Part shown: piece by piece, positions 39,637-51,650 of the stretch
Layout: every line of letters starts with the position of its first letter
How positions within the stretch are numbered: position 1 is the first letter of the stretch
NCBI GenBank assembly: GCA_964016885.1
Contig: OZ024743.1
Coordinates: 69,750,001 to 69,814,000, forward strand
Length of the DNA stretch: 64,000 bases
Direction: 5' to 3'
DNA from: Eledone cirrhosa
Lineage: Eukaryota
Position numbers and translations under genes: made by a program
The notes under the pieces: model-generated
What the model saw: the letters and a program-made list of their open reading frames with translations, nothing else
What the model was told of the DNA's origin: nothing
The model's database searches: none

Positions 39637-39924
39637 CAGTTGAACCCGAAGGCCGTTCGTCATTCGAAATGTTCGTAAACCGAAACTATGTTTTCCATAC
39701 GAAATGTTGAGAGAGAAATACAGTGAGAGAAACCGTGTGTGTGAAAAATAGATAGATACCATAGCAACTAACCACACAACAAGTGTCGCTTATCCGCTGA
39801 TATTCCCAGCTTGTCACCAACTATTGTTGCCAGCTCACGTGTTCCGAAACGTTTTAGTTCCGAAAACTTGTTTGTGAATCGATATGATCTTAATGCAAAG
39901 TGTTCGTGAATCGAGGTTCCGTTG
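39637..39924. mobile_element. Degenerate Tc1/mariner (Tigger/pogo-like) MITE
   Basis: TA|CAGTTGAACCCG ... CGAGGTTCCGTTG|CA imperfect TIRs; internal GTTCG(T)GAA(T/C)CGA subrepeats. Confidence 0.55.
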
Positions 39925-40046
39925 CATTTAGAACATAAAAAAAATATCTACAATATAATTATCAAAGAAGGTTTCAATATAAGGGTGAATATTTTAAAAG
40001 GAACAATTTTTCTTATCATAAATACTTCCCAGCGCATCTCCCTTAC

Positions 40047-40199
40047 CATCCTCCGGAGAAACGTCTTCTCTATCCTGTCCGCCGGGGCTGTGGGGACGCC
40101 AGCACATGGGACCCCATTTGCTCACCGTACGGAGAGATGGGGTGGGCCAGAGAGATGGAGGCGATGACAGTGGGAGTTCTTTCATGTTTGCTTAGGTTA
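40047..40199 (-). other. Candidate host-gene exon
   Basis: Locally GC-rich, not repeated in the window; TGTTATAG acceptor, CAAAC-ATG, open frame to GATG|GTAAG donor. Confidence 0.25.
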
Positions 40200-40724
40200 C
40201 TATAACATTGTGATAGAAGTAAATAGTTGTACCTAATATATTCCTTCCAAAAAAATTATTGTTTAAATAGATTCGTTAGCTTGACAAGTGTCAGTTTAAA
40301 TACAAGCTTCTTTCTACCAGTTTGGTTTGAAAAGGCTTAAAGATACGGATATAATTGTATAATGTCTACAACAGCTAGAAAACAATTTTGAGTGCATAGC
40401 TAGTGCTGGAGTATATGAATATCATAGTTTGTTATAATTTTGTTTTATATTTGAAAACATTACAGGGTTGTAACAGATATAGCATTTATTTGAATTCACT
40501 GTTGAGGCTCGACAAGATATATCTGGAATACATAGCAGTTTCTTTCTTTCGTTTTGCTTTGGTTTTGTCTAGACTATACAGCATTATTTTGATGGTATTC
40601 AAACAAAAATGAAGACATACATAAACACATACATGAATATATGCAAGCATACATACACACACATATGCATATATACATGCACACATACATACATCCAGAC
40701 ATATATATATATATACATATATAC

Positions 40725-41197
40725 AAATGGAAGTACAGCATATTCGAAGCTCGAGCCGCAGCTCGAGCCTCAGCTAAGCCGACGAATGAATTCAGAAGTG
40801 CAGCCAAGCACTCGATAAGGTGTAAAATCTTAGAGTAATAACATACAGTTTAAAGGGCTTTGCAAATTGAAGATAGCGACCGGTAATTCATCCGCGGGGA
40901 CCGTAGCAACGAAAGAACTGACTCGCGAGAAAAAATACATACATATATGTATAACAAACCTGGACCATCACTTCGATATTTTGCAATATCTCAGTTAGGT
41001 TTCTGTAAATCCGAAATCTACAAAATCCAAAGCGGTGTATGCAAGTTAAGGTTCTGGAAGATCGAACAGACGATTTACTTTCTCAACAGGCTTCCGTTCT
41101 GACGCCAGTCCGGTTGTGAGAGCACATGTTTCTCCAATACAAGCTAACACCCGGTTTATGGCGGTCAAATTCAAATTATGAGCAATGGAATAAGTTC

Positions 41198-41200
<3 letters not shown>
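40725..41200. mobile_element. Diverged inverted copy of the 36364-37165 family
   Basis: GTGCAGCCAAGCACTC...GCTTTGCAAAT...AGCGACCG and TGGCGGTCAAATTC match the reverse complement of the 36 kb element. Confidence 0.55.
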
Positions 41201-41269
<69 letters not shown>

Positions 41270-41307
41270 CACACACACACACACACATACACACACACAA
41301 ACACACA

Positions 41308-42435
41308 TATATATATAAAACAGACAATGTCTGTCTGTCTGACTCCCTAAAACTTGAGAACCACCCAACCGATTTTTTTTTTCAAACTTTACACATCCCC
41401 GGTTAGCGATCTCTCTGTCTTTCTTAGTCTGTCCTTTTAGCTAGATACATAGCTATAACGTCGAGCCCTTATATCTGTCTGTATGTCTAGCTGTCTGCAT
41501 TACGACATTTTGACAAATATTGTTCTCATTGCTGACGTATTATCTTCGTATTTTCATCACGAACCAAAGTATCGTCTTCTTATTTTCCTTCGGTTGCAAC
41601 GTTTTTCGAAATATTTACATCTGCTTTCACATATTGATTTTTGTTAGTTTCAGAAGATCCCGTTAAGGGTGAAAGCAGCGATTCAAACTTTAATCTGTTA
41701 TTTTAATATATATTTTGGAAGAGTCATGTTTTTCACATGGGCAACTATACGTTGGCTGTTCAAGGGTGGGAAGCAAGACGAATCTCTTTACATATGCCCG
41801 ACACGGAAGAACAAGGAACATTGTGTACAAGAAGGTGCTACAATCAATTTTTAGGTAGACGAAGCAGAAGGGGAAATACACGATTGGCTGAAGAAAGATG
41901 AGGCTGTGTTAGTAGTACGACCAACGGCTGTTATCACACCAACAGCAGCACAAACAACAAAAAAGAGGGGGAATTCAATTACATGCTTTTGAAAAATCGT
42001 AATGGAAATTATTTCCCTATTCACCCAAGGCGACTTTACTTTTTATTAGGACTTCTGCATCAATTGGTGAACATACGACGAAACATTGAAAGGAGTAAAA
42101 TAACACCATTCTCCACCACTGCAGTTCCACATGCTTACTGTTCTGTAACTATTGCTTTCATTGTACCATAGTACAACAAATACATGTTCGGTTTGTCGAA
42201 TGCCTTTTTGCTTAAATCCATCGTCTTGGCTTTCGGGGGTTGAACATTTTAGTCTCAGGCACCCAATTAAGTTAAACCTCTGGTAATCTACGACGAATTG
42301 TTTTTATAACCAGAAAATATAGACACCATCCCGAGGTCGAGGTATTCCGTATTTCTCTGTACTGTTTCAGAAAAGAGGGATAAACATGCCAAACTATGTT
42401 TAGAATTCCGGGCCGACGCCGGGCCATTCTGGTAG
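41308..42435 (+). mobile_element. Non-autonomous Helitron-like element (degenerate)
   Basis: 5' TATATATAAAAC..GTCTGTCTGTC..AACCGATTT..AAACTT; 3' CCGGGCCGACGCCGGG hairpin then GTAG|T; termini parallel 45347-46294. Confidence 0.55.
41630..41698 (+). ncRNA. Hammerhead-like motif, U4>A core (family D), stem III partly deleted
   Basis: AGTTT-CAGAAGA-TCCCGTTAAGGGT-GAAA-GCAGCGAT-TC-AAACT. Confidence 0.4.
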
Positions 42436-42498
42436 TGTATATATATATATATATTAATTCAAAATATTAACAAAAATAGAACTTCTTGTGATCAAGTA

Positions 42499-42566
42499 TA
42501 TTTTATTATACATATTTCAGAGGTAGTGAGCTAACTTCAACAGTACGTCCTTATCAGATAAAATAA
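42499..42566 (-). ncRNA. Degenerate minimal type I hammerhead
   Basis: Reverse complement TATTTTAT-CTGATAA-(decayed stem II)-GAAA-TATGTA-TA-ATAAAATA; G8>A. Confidence 0.45.
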
Positions 42567-42705
42567 GATGATGCATAGTAGATGGTTTTTTTTGTTAATA
42601 TTTTGAATTAATATTAATAACTCCGGAAAACCATTCTGTTGAGTGGTTCCAATCTATTGTAAAACTAATCCTTGATTTATTCATTGAACCTTGTTTAACC
42701 TTTAA

Positions 42706-42775
<70 letters not shown>

Positions 42776-42879
42776 ATGGAGAATACACGAACATCTGTAT
42801 GTATATTGTGTGAAAAGAGACTTCAATGCCGCCTATATTCTTTTCACATATATTCACATTATATATTTATATATATATA

Positions 42880-44870
42880 TAGAAAATTTGTAACACTTCC
42901 ATTATTGGATAACACTTCCCAGGTTATTGAATGGTTCACTAACATCGAGAATAAAAACTCACCTTCATTCATACAATTCGACATCGATTCTTACTATTCT
43001 TCGATTTCTCCAATTCTCTTAAACAAAGCACTGATTTTCGCCAGAAATAGATCGGATTTATCTACTGGGAAAATTAACATCATAACACACGCTAGAAAGA
43101 CCTTACTAAACTTCCAAGAAGAACACTGGACAAGAAACACATATAACAACTTATTCGATATAACGATGGGATCCATGGACTCTGCTCAAGTTACAGACCT
43201 CGTTGGGCTATTTCTCCTCTATAATATTCATTCCTCTTTTCCCCACCTCAAAGGTGGTCTTTATCGGGATGATTGTCTATTGATATCTAACAATTTTAGC
43301 AATTCTAATATAGAGAAAAACAAAAAACAATTTAGAAAATTCCTCAAGGACTATTACAACCTTAATATCACCTTTGAAAACACCTCAAAAGTAACTAAAT
43401 TCATTGACATTACCTTAGACCTCTCTACAAATATTTATCAACCTTACCACAAACCCAACCAGAATCTACACTATGTACATTCACGCTCTAACCACCCTGG
43501 CTCTATACTCAAAAACTTAGTATATAACATATCTCTTAGACTTTCTAAATTATCTTCCAATGAGGATATATTTTATTAAAATGCACCCTTCTACAACGAG
43601 GCCCTAATTAGAAGTGGATATAAAGAAAACATTTCATATATCCTCAACACTACTATGGACAATACTACAAAACCTAGCAAAAACTACAAATACCAAAAAA
43701 TACCATCGAAACAAATGCCTAATGGGGTCATTCCTATCACACCAAACACAACAACTATTACTACACGATCTATGACCAATGTTAACAACTCACATATGAC
43801 TACCAAACATTCAAACTCTCATAATCTACCCAATAATAACACCAAATACAACCACTGCAATTTACCAAAATCCACAAATACAAATACTAACCATAGGAAC
43901 TCTTCTAGAACGCAGCACATTAATATAAGTGAGAATAAGAACTTAACTAAAAACCACAAAAGAAACGTAACATGGTCAACGCACCCTTCAACCTGCAAAC
44001 TATCGGACAAATCCCCCAAAATTCTTCGAAATTCTACATAAACATTTTCCACCAAACCACAGATACCACCAAATATTTAACATGTATACTGTTAAATTCT
44101 CATACTCTACATCAAACTATCTCCAACACAAAATAAGCAACTACAACATTTATAAACTTAAAAATAATATGAGCACACCACCACAACATAATTTAAATAA
44201 GACTGCACCTTTTAAAAGGACAAATAATACAATTCTTCAACCTGGAAAACACAACCCCCCAAATCACCAACACAAAAACAACATAACACAAAATCACAAT
44301 ACAACCCCAGCATTAAATCACCCACAAAGCAGCACTCATTCTCTCTCTAACACTAATTACAATAAGAATAGCTCCAGGATTAATGAGAATTATGTAGGTA
44401 TCTCCAACAACCATCTTACGTATGGTTGTAATTGCAGAAATAGAAGTGTTTGCTCCTTAAATGGCAACTGTTTGATTAATAATGTAATATATAAATGCAC
44501 TGTGTCTACTACTGACTCCAACAAATCATATATAGGATCTACATCGAACACATTTAAGAAAAGATATTACGCACACTCCAGTAGCTTTAACAATACTAAA
44601 CTAGCTAACGCTACATCTTTAGCTGAAGCAGTAAATAACTATAAAAATAAAAATAAATAGATTTCAAGCTATCGTGGGATACCATTCTACAAAGAACTCC
44701 ATATCTTGGGAACATGAGAGAATGCACATTATGTTCCGGGGAGATCTTGGAAATTACTAAATCTAAGGACGATTTATTGAATAAAAGAAAAGACTGATTA
44801 TAACTTGTAATCAACGTATACGAAAAATATTTAAGTACTATAAACCTAATTAAACATTCTAAATAGCAGC
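42880..44870 (+). pseudogene. 5'-truncated Penelope-like element: RT + GIY-YIG, with stops and frameshifts
   Basis: QFDIDSYYSSI, FDITMGS, GLYRDD, PYHKPN, SNHP, CNCRNRSVCSLNGNC, VIYKC...YIGST...FKKRY..H. Confidence 0.88.
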
Positions 44871-45346
44871 TCACTATAGTTCTATTGGACGTACCTTTTT
44901 GTTAGTATCCCCTTCTCCCTAGTATCCCCTTCGCCTTCCAGTTAATTTTTTAACCTTTTAATTTTTTAGCTTCCATTGATTCATGCGTTACTGACTAAGG
45001 GCCTAAAGGTACATAACCACATGTAATTGCATGGGTATACATGTATGTATGTATGTATGATAAGAGAATATATATATATATGTGTGTGTGTATGCGTGTG
45101 TGTATGTTCATGTATGTGTGTGTATTTATATATATATGTATATATATATGTATGTATATATATATATATGTATGTGTGTGTGCGTGTATGTGTTATGTGT
45201 ATGTATATATCTATGTATGCTTATGTATGTTTTTAATGGAGTATCTATGTAATAATACCTCTATCTATATATGTGAGTATATGTACTTTTGTGATCTAAG
45301 AAAAATTATGCGTTTTGGCTATATGTCAACATGCATTTATCTGGGA

Positions 45347-46294
45347 CTAGCAGTAAAGCCCGGCGTTGCTCGGGGTCGCTCAGTAGCTGTGTTAAAGTTA
45401 CAATGTTAAGTTTCTTTCTCGGCTTAAAAACTGTAGTGTCTACTGTGCAGACTTGCATGTGGTGTTTTTGATTAATATTCCCTCAACCAACAATATGCCT
45501 TATGAAGTTAAGAAAACATAACGATAACCCGAATGTTATAACAAAAGAGGATGCTGGGGATAGAAACTGCACTGGTTATTTATTAACAAAGATCGAAAAT
45601 GTAAACACTGCAACGCAGAGAAAAACATTAGCGTAACCAAATTATCAGTTATGTCTGTCTGCACGCCTATATCACCTCTCTGCACGACTGTCTGTCTGCA
45701 AGCCTATATCACCTCTCTGCACGACTGTCTGTCTGCACGCCTATATCACCTCTCTGCACGACTGTCTGTCTGCACTCGTATATCACCTCTCTGCACGACT
45801 GTCAGTCTGCACGACTGTCTGTCTGCACGCCTAACGACGAAATATTTGCTTGTTTTACGTAGTCTTTAAATAGACTTGTTTTCAAGTAAAAATATTGTTT
45901 TAAAATGCTTTTAAATGGAAATGAAGCAAAACGGAAGCTTAGTGTTCGAACTGATGAATTTTGCAGGTCAATATTTTGCTGGCTCGACAACTGTTCGTGT
46001 ATTGTGTTAATGTCATTTTAAACGCTGAGAAAGCCAGCGTAATTGTTTACGTAAGACGCTCAATGTAAACAGAACAAAGGGAAATAACTGATAACTTACG
46101 CTCAAAAATCGATACATTATATTCGATTTCGTCACATAGGGTGGGTCAATTTGAAATATTTTTTTTCCGATGTCTTCGCTAGGGCTCAATGTACAAGTAT
46201 AGCAATTTCGGTGCAATTCCGTCAGAGATTCTAAGAGGAGATGTGTGCCAAAAATCGATAGACAGACAGACAACCACAGTTTTATATATATAGA
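45347..46294 (-). mobile_element. Non-autonomous Helitron
   Basis: Minus strand A|TCTATATATATAAAAC ... CCGAGCAACGCCGGG hairpin, CTAG|T; inserted between A and T with no TSD. Confidence 0.8.
45653..45832. repeat. 37-bp minisatellite inside the Helitron
   Basis: GTCTGTCTGCACGCCTATATCACCTCTCTGCACGACT x~4 plus partial units. Confidence 0.9.
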
Positions 46295-46427
46295 TTGATT
46301 ACTTATACATAGACCCACTTGAAAATATTTACTATTTTATATTTTATGATACATCATACGCTATACTATACTATATACAATGTACCATAATGCACTATAT
46401 TATATTACATTATATTATATTATTATA

Positions 46428-46648
46428 GGGCGGCGGATTGGCTGTATAGGTAGTGGGTCGGACGCCATTCTTTGACGCATAGAGTTACGTCCCTTGCCAT
46501 TCTGAGTTCAAATCCCGCCGAGGTTAACTTTGTCTTTCATCCTTACGGGGTCGATAAAATAAAGTACTAGTCACGCACTGGCGGCGATTTAATCGACTTT
46601 CCCTTCCCCCCAAATTACTGGCCTTGTGCGTATATAAGAAACCATTAT
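46428..46648 (+). mobile_element. tRNA-related SINE
   Basis: GGCGGCGGATTGGC...GAGTTCAAATCCCGCCGAGG...TCATCCTTACGGGGTCGATAAAATAAAGTAC; ATT tail. Confidence 0.7.
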
Positions 46649-47260
46649 TGTATTTTATTATGTTATTATAATTTTCATCTTTTAATATACTATCCTTCCT
46701 AGTTATGACCATTACTTTACCTATCTATATTTCTCCTAGTTATTTACGTATATTTTATATTTCTTTATTTATGTTCACCTAAAAACTCCATACAACACAA
46801 CTCAACATATCATTTTTACATCCCTTTTTAAACTTCACTCCACCATCTACATTCCACTATCAATACAACAATCCCTTAACTTCATAGTTTCTTCATAGTA
46901 ATTCTATTTTTAACACCATTCAACCATTCCTTTCAAAAGGTCATGACCTAAACTAGATTGAGTTATATTTCGTTTTAACATCATATGGCAAAACACCATT
47001 TGATTGGTTTGTTCTTCAGCACCCTCCAAATAAGGTCATAAAACTCAATTTACTTTGGATTGTTAATATAATTTTCATTGCTTTTGACAACGGCTGACGA
47101 TATACACGTAGGTAAATATATTCCTTATTTGATATTTTGTAACTAACCTTACATAGATCGATAACGAAATATGCGTACGGTGTATTATTATCACCTAAAA
47201 TCAATTGTAAAGCAGTGAAGTATATTCCTAATGACTTGAATTTTTATTTCATTGTTTTAA

Positions 47261-47320
<60 letters not shown>

Positions 47321-47590
47321 ATTATTTATAATTATTTATTAATTCTATCGTGCAATACATGTGCATGAAGATATTTTTTAAAGTGAGGAAAGACTGTGCA
47401 CTGAGACAACCCCACTCTCTGAGTGACACTAGCTATAACCCGAAAAGAAAAAAAGATCAACATCATCGGTAACTACTGAGCCGCAGGTTTTATATCGGAG
47501 TTATCCCAGTTTCCTGAGTTGCCTTCTCCTTGAAGAATGCCCTGACAAAGGCTAGGGGTCCTTTACTCCCGCGCAATCGGGGGTCCAGCC

Positions 47591-47804
47591 CGACTATTTT
47601 TATGTCCCCGCGCATATTCATACGCATGCACCCATGTATATACACATATACATACATATGTACATGTGTATATACATATTTAAACACTTTTGGATGGCCA
47701 TCCAAAAGTGTTTAAATATGTATATACACATGTACATATGTATGTATATGTGTATATACATGGGTGCATGCGTATGAATATGCGCGGGGACATGAAAATA
47801 GTCG
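47591..47804. repeat. Zero-spacer palindrome, 107-bp arms
   Basis: Centre GGATGG|CCATCC at 47697/47698; one mismatch seen near the outer ends. Confidence 0.9.
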
Positions 47805-48302
47805 CGTATAGTAGATGCATGCAGGATATATGAAAAAATGTATGCAGAATATATTTAAAAAAATACATATATCTGAATTATATAAGAAAAGTATACAAAG
47901 ATACACATTGGTCTGTACATGGAAAAATACATGGTGTGTTACATAATGGAGTGCGTAGAGAATATGCACACACCACTTGAAAGATAGACATGCAGGGAGT
48001 GTCTCTACAGGCCATAATGGAGCATGTCACTGTGGGTGAGACATAGTGCCTTATTGATGTATGGTACGGGAATGAATATCCGTGGAAGTTCAGGCACCGT
48101 GTCTCGGCTCATGCGATGTCGTTGCCTAGGATGACGTGCCGAGTCCAATAGGCAGCATAGCTTGCGTCGACTTACCCCACAGGGCATACATAGTCAACAA
48201 GGTATGGTATCTGATCCAATGAACCCGTGCCGCCGCTCGGACCGGCGTCCGTCTCCCCCCCCCCCCATGCATTTAGCTTGGGCTGTCCGGTTGCGTCCGT
48301 AT

Positions 48303-48379
<77 letters not shown>

Positions 48380-48517
48380 GATGGGATATTTAATTAGTTA
48401 GAAATCCGACAAATATATATATAAATGTTTATAATTGATTTAGAGAACTCAATGGGTTCCTGGAGTAAATATTCAATGATATTAAATAAATGGAAACTAT
48501 ATTTATAGAAACATATT

Positions 48518-48580
48518 TATTTTATTATATATATTTCAAGGGTACCAAAACACTTTGGTACGCTTTCTTCAGATAAAATA
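48518..48580 (-). ncRNA. Minimal type I hammerhead (mirror copy)
   Basis: Reverse complement of 48653-48715 with one stem II mismatch. Confidence 0.75.
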
Positions 48581-48652
48581 CAAAGTTTGTTTTATAATTA
48601 GAGACATAAATAGATTTTCCTGGGTATGTCTCTATTTATAAAACAAACTTGG

Positions 48653-48715
48653 TATTTTATCTGAAGAAAGCGTACCAAAGTGATTTGGTACGCTTGAAAT
48701 ATATATAATAAAATA
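48653..48715 (+). ncRNA. Minimal type I hammerhead ribozyme
   Basis: Stem I TATTTTAT/ATAAAATA; CTGAAGA; 12-bp stem II AAGCGTACCAAA-GTGA-TTTGGTACGCTT; GAAA; palindromic stem III ATATATAT; predicted cleavage after A48707. Confidence 0.82.
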
Positions 48716-48754
48716 AATATGGTTTTATAAATATAGTTTCCATTTATTTAATAT

Positions 48755-48795
<41 letters not shown>

Positions 48796-48798
<3 letters not shown>

Positions 48799-50605
48799 TA
48801 GCGAGGTTTTTTATATGAAATCGTGTGTCGAAACAGATATTGTTATATTTGGGGAGGGTCATATTTGCGTAATATTGCCAGAATTAATAACAGAACACAC
48901 TCACTGTTTGGTTGGTTTTCGCTTCTCGCTGTCTTTTATATCTGCGATCTAACTTACTCGGTCCTCAATGTTGCCATTGACTGATCGGCGGTCAAAAATA
49001 ATACAGATACAATATAGACACAAACACATATATATAGTTTACATAATTTACATAAATCTTTCGTTGCACATCTGCAACATCGTCAGTGGTGTTATATTCA
49101 TTGTTCCTCCTGTTGTGTTGTATGTCTACGCCATTTTTTATTCAGTCTGTCTATATATTTATTTATTTATTTGCTTGTTTGTTTATCTTATTTTATTTTG
49201 TCTTCTTTGCGCATGCGTTTGCGCGTGTGTATAGTGTTATGTGTGCTGTGTAACTAGTGTGTATAGTGTTGTGTCTGCTGGGTGACTAGTGTGTGTTTAT
49301 GTGCTTGTTGTTATTGTGCTTGTGTATGTATTTATTTATCTTATTTTATTTTATTTTATTTACTTATTTATACTTCTCTTAGGTCAGTGTTGTTTGTTTG
49401 GGTGTTGTTGTCGTTCCACTCATTCTTTCTGTTTAGCTTTGGTCTTCTAATTTCTATTTCACTGGCCTCTCTGATTTGCCTATCTGCTGGGTCATTCCTA
49501 TGTTTAGATATTATTCTAATTTCTATGTTGTCTATGTTACCGTCATGTTGTTGTCTAGCATTTTCGTATAGTACTGACCCGTTTGTTCGTCCTTTTAGTT
49601 CCCCCCAGTGTTGGTCTATCCTTTCACCTATGCTACAAGCTGTCTCACCTATGTATGTTGTTGTCATGTTTCTGCAAGTACCCTCTGTACATCTTATGCT
49701 ATAGACTACGTTTCTAGTTTTACAGTTTATCCGGGGGATCACCTTACATATGATACATTTTCTATTGGTACAGTGGGTTTTCTTAAAAGGGTAGGTTTTG
49801 CTGATCAGGGATTTTATGGTGGTTCCTGGCTTTTCTACCACCTTTATTTTTAAGTGGGTCTTTCTCATGGCCTTTTTTCACTGGTTAGCTAATTTCCCTC
49901 CAGGGGTGGCGTCCACAAACATGACACTCTGATATCTCTGGTTGTCGTACCATGATGTGGCCTTCCCTATCTTATGTCTAGCCCTATCTAAGCTATTCCA
50001 TGATTTGCTCCTGTATAGTGGGCAAATTCTTTTCATGTCTAGTTCTATGAGGGTCTTATACTTTTCCATGGCTCCTTCGTATACTCTGACTCTGTCTCTT
50101 TGGTTGTAGCCAGAGAACTGCATGCGGTTGATGAAGTGTTGGATGTGTCTTTTCATTTCTGTTGGGTCGCACATGCTGGACACATTCTTCATCACTCGTA
50201 CCAAATCTGCGATCAGAATATTAAACTTAGCACTACTGGACATTGCTGAGTTTTTGAGTATCAGGTATTTGGAGGCCATGGGTTTAGCATAGTGTGAGTG
50301 GAGAATTTGGGCTCTCTCGTCTATAGTGTTAATCCAGAGTTCTGTGTCTAATACAGGTAGTCTATTGTTAGGGTGTTTGGAAGGGAAGTCGATAGTTACA
50401 GTTATACTCTGGTGTATGGAATTAGCTATCTGCTGGATGCTTTCCATCGTGCTACGTTCTAAATCAAACTTGTTAGTGCTCTCTAGTGGGGGTGTTCTTA
50501 TAACTATATTGATATCGTCTACATAACGAGAGTACATGATGAGGTCTATGGAGCTTTCATTAAGGAGATCTTTAAGTCTCCTTTCCCACCATACCATGAA
50601 AAGGT
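48796..50605 (-). mobile_element. Inverted 3' 1.8 kb of the large PLE (RT C-half, GIY-YIG, pseudo-LTR)
   Basis: Reverse complement of 53971-55735 plus ~45 nt more of pseudo-LTR; ends in (TA)n. Confidence 0.93.
49041..49097 (-). ncRNA. Pseudo-LTR hammerhead motif (inverted copy)
   Basis: Same sequence as 55478-55534. Confidence 0.55.
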
Positions 50606-51650
50606 GGTAGAAAAGCCAGGAACCACCATAAAATCCCTGATCAGCAAAACCTACGCTTTTAAGAAAACCCACTGTACCAATAGGAAATGTATCATATGTA
50701 AGGTGAACCCCCAGATAAACTGTAAAACTAGAAACGTAGTCTATAGCATAAGATGTAAAGAGGGTACTTGCAGAAACATGACAACAACATACATAGGTGA
50801 GACAGCTCGTAGCATAGGTGAAAGGATAGACAAACACTGAGGGGAACTAAAAGGACGAACAAACGGGTCAGTACTATACGAACATGCTAGACAACAACAT
50901 GACGGTAACATAGACAACATAGTAATTAGAATAATATCTAAACATAGGAATGACCCAGCAGATAGGCAAATCAGAGAGGCCAGTAAAATAGAAATTAGAA
51001 GACCAAAGCTAAACAGAAAGAATGAGTGGAACGACAACAACACCCAAACAAACAACACTGACCTAAGAGAAGTATAAATAAGTAAATAAAATAAAATAAA
51101 ATAAGATAAATAAATACATACACAAGCACAATAACAACAAGCACATAAACACACACTAGTCACCCAGAAGACACAACACTATACACACTAGTCACACAGC
51201 ACACATAACACTATACACACACGCAAACGCATGCGCAAAGAAGACAAAATAAAATAAGATAAACAAACAAGCAAAAAAACAAATAAATATATAGACAGAC
51301 TGAATAAAAAATGGCGTTGACATACAACACAACAGGAGGAACAATGAATATAACACCACTGACGATGTTGCAGATGTGCAACGAAAGATTTATGTAAATT
51401 ATGTAAACTATATATATGTGTTTGTGTCTATATTGTATCTGTATTATTTTTGACCGCCGGTCAGTCAATGGCAACATTGAGGACCGAGTAAGTTAGATCG
51501 CAGATATAAAAGACAGCGAGAAGCGAAAACCAACCAAACAGTGAGTGTGTTCTGTTATTAATTCTGGCAATATTACGCAAATATGACACTCCCCAAATAT
51601 AACAATATCTGTTTCGACACACGATTTCATATAAAAAACCTCGCTAAACT
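50600..51650 (+). mobile_element. Upstream direct pseudo-LTR with GIY-YIG portion
   Basis: Near-identical to 54731-55735 (spacing ~4130 bp); runs directly into the ORF. Confidence 0.93.
51348..51404 (+). ncRNA. Pseudo-LTR hammerhead motif (5' copy)
   Basis: Same sequence as 55478-55534. Confidence 0.55.

Larger units (their letters stand above)
48415..48759. mobile_element. Family A fold-back element with a hammerhead on each arm
   Basis: Inverted repeat 48474-48759 with ~16-nt loop; ends in (TA)n. Confidence 0.8.

Noticed and set aside
47090-47182. CTGACGA...GAAATATGCGTA as a hammerhead; similar partial motifs at ~2808, ~29252, ~44991 and ~60201
   Set aside because: Stems are mismatched or half the core is missing; at most decayed remnants.
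48005-48300. Possible decayed GIY-YIG on the minus strand
   Set aside because: The resemblance needs several frameshifts; unsupported.
49878-50837. 319-aa minus-strand ORF
   Set aside because: Chimera of antisense sequence and an RT fragment across the inversion junction.
50838-50840. In-frame TGA in the GIY-YIG region as selenocysteine
   Set aside because: The other two copies have TGG (Trp) here, it is not a Cys position, and I saw no convincing SECIS.
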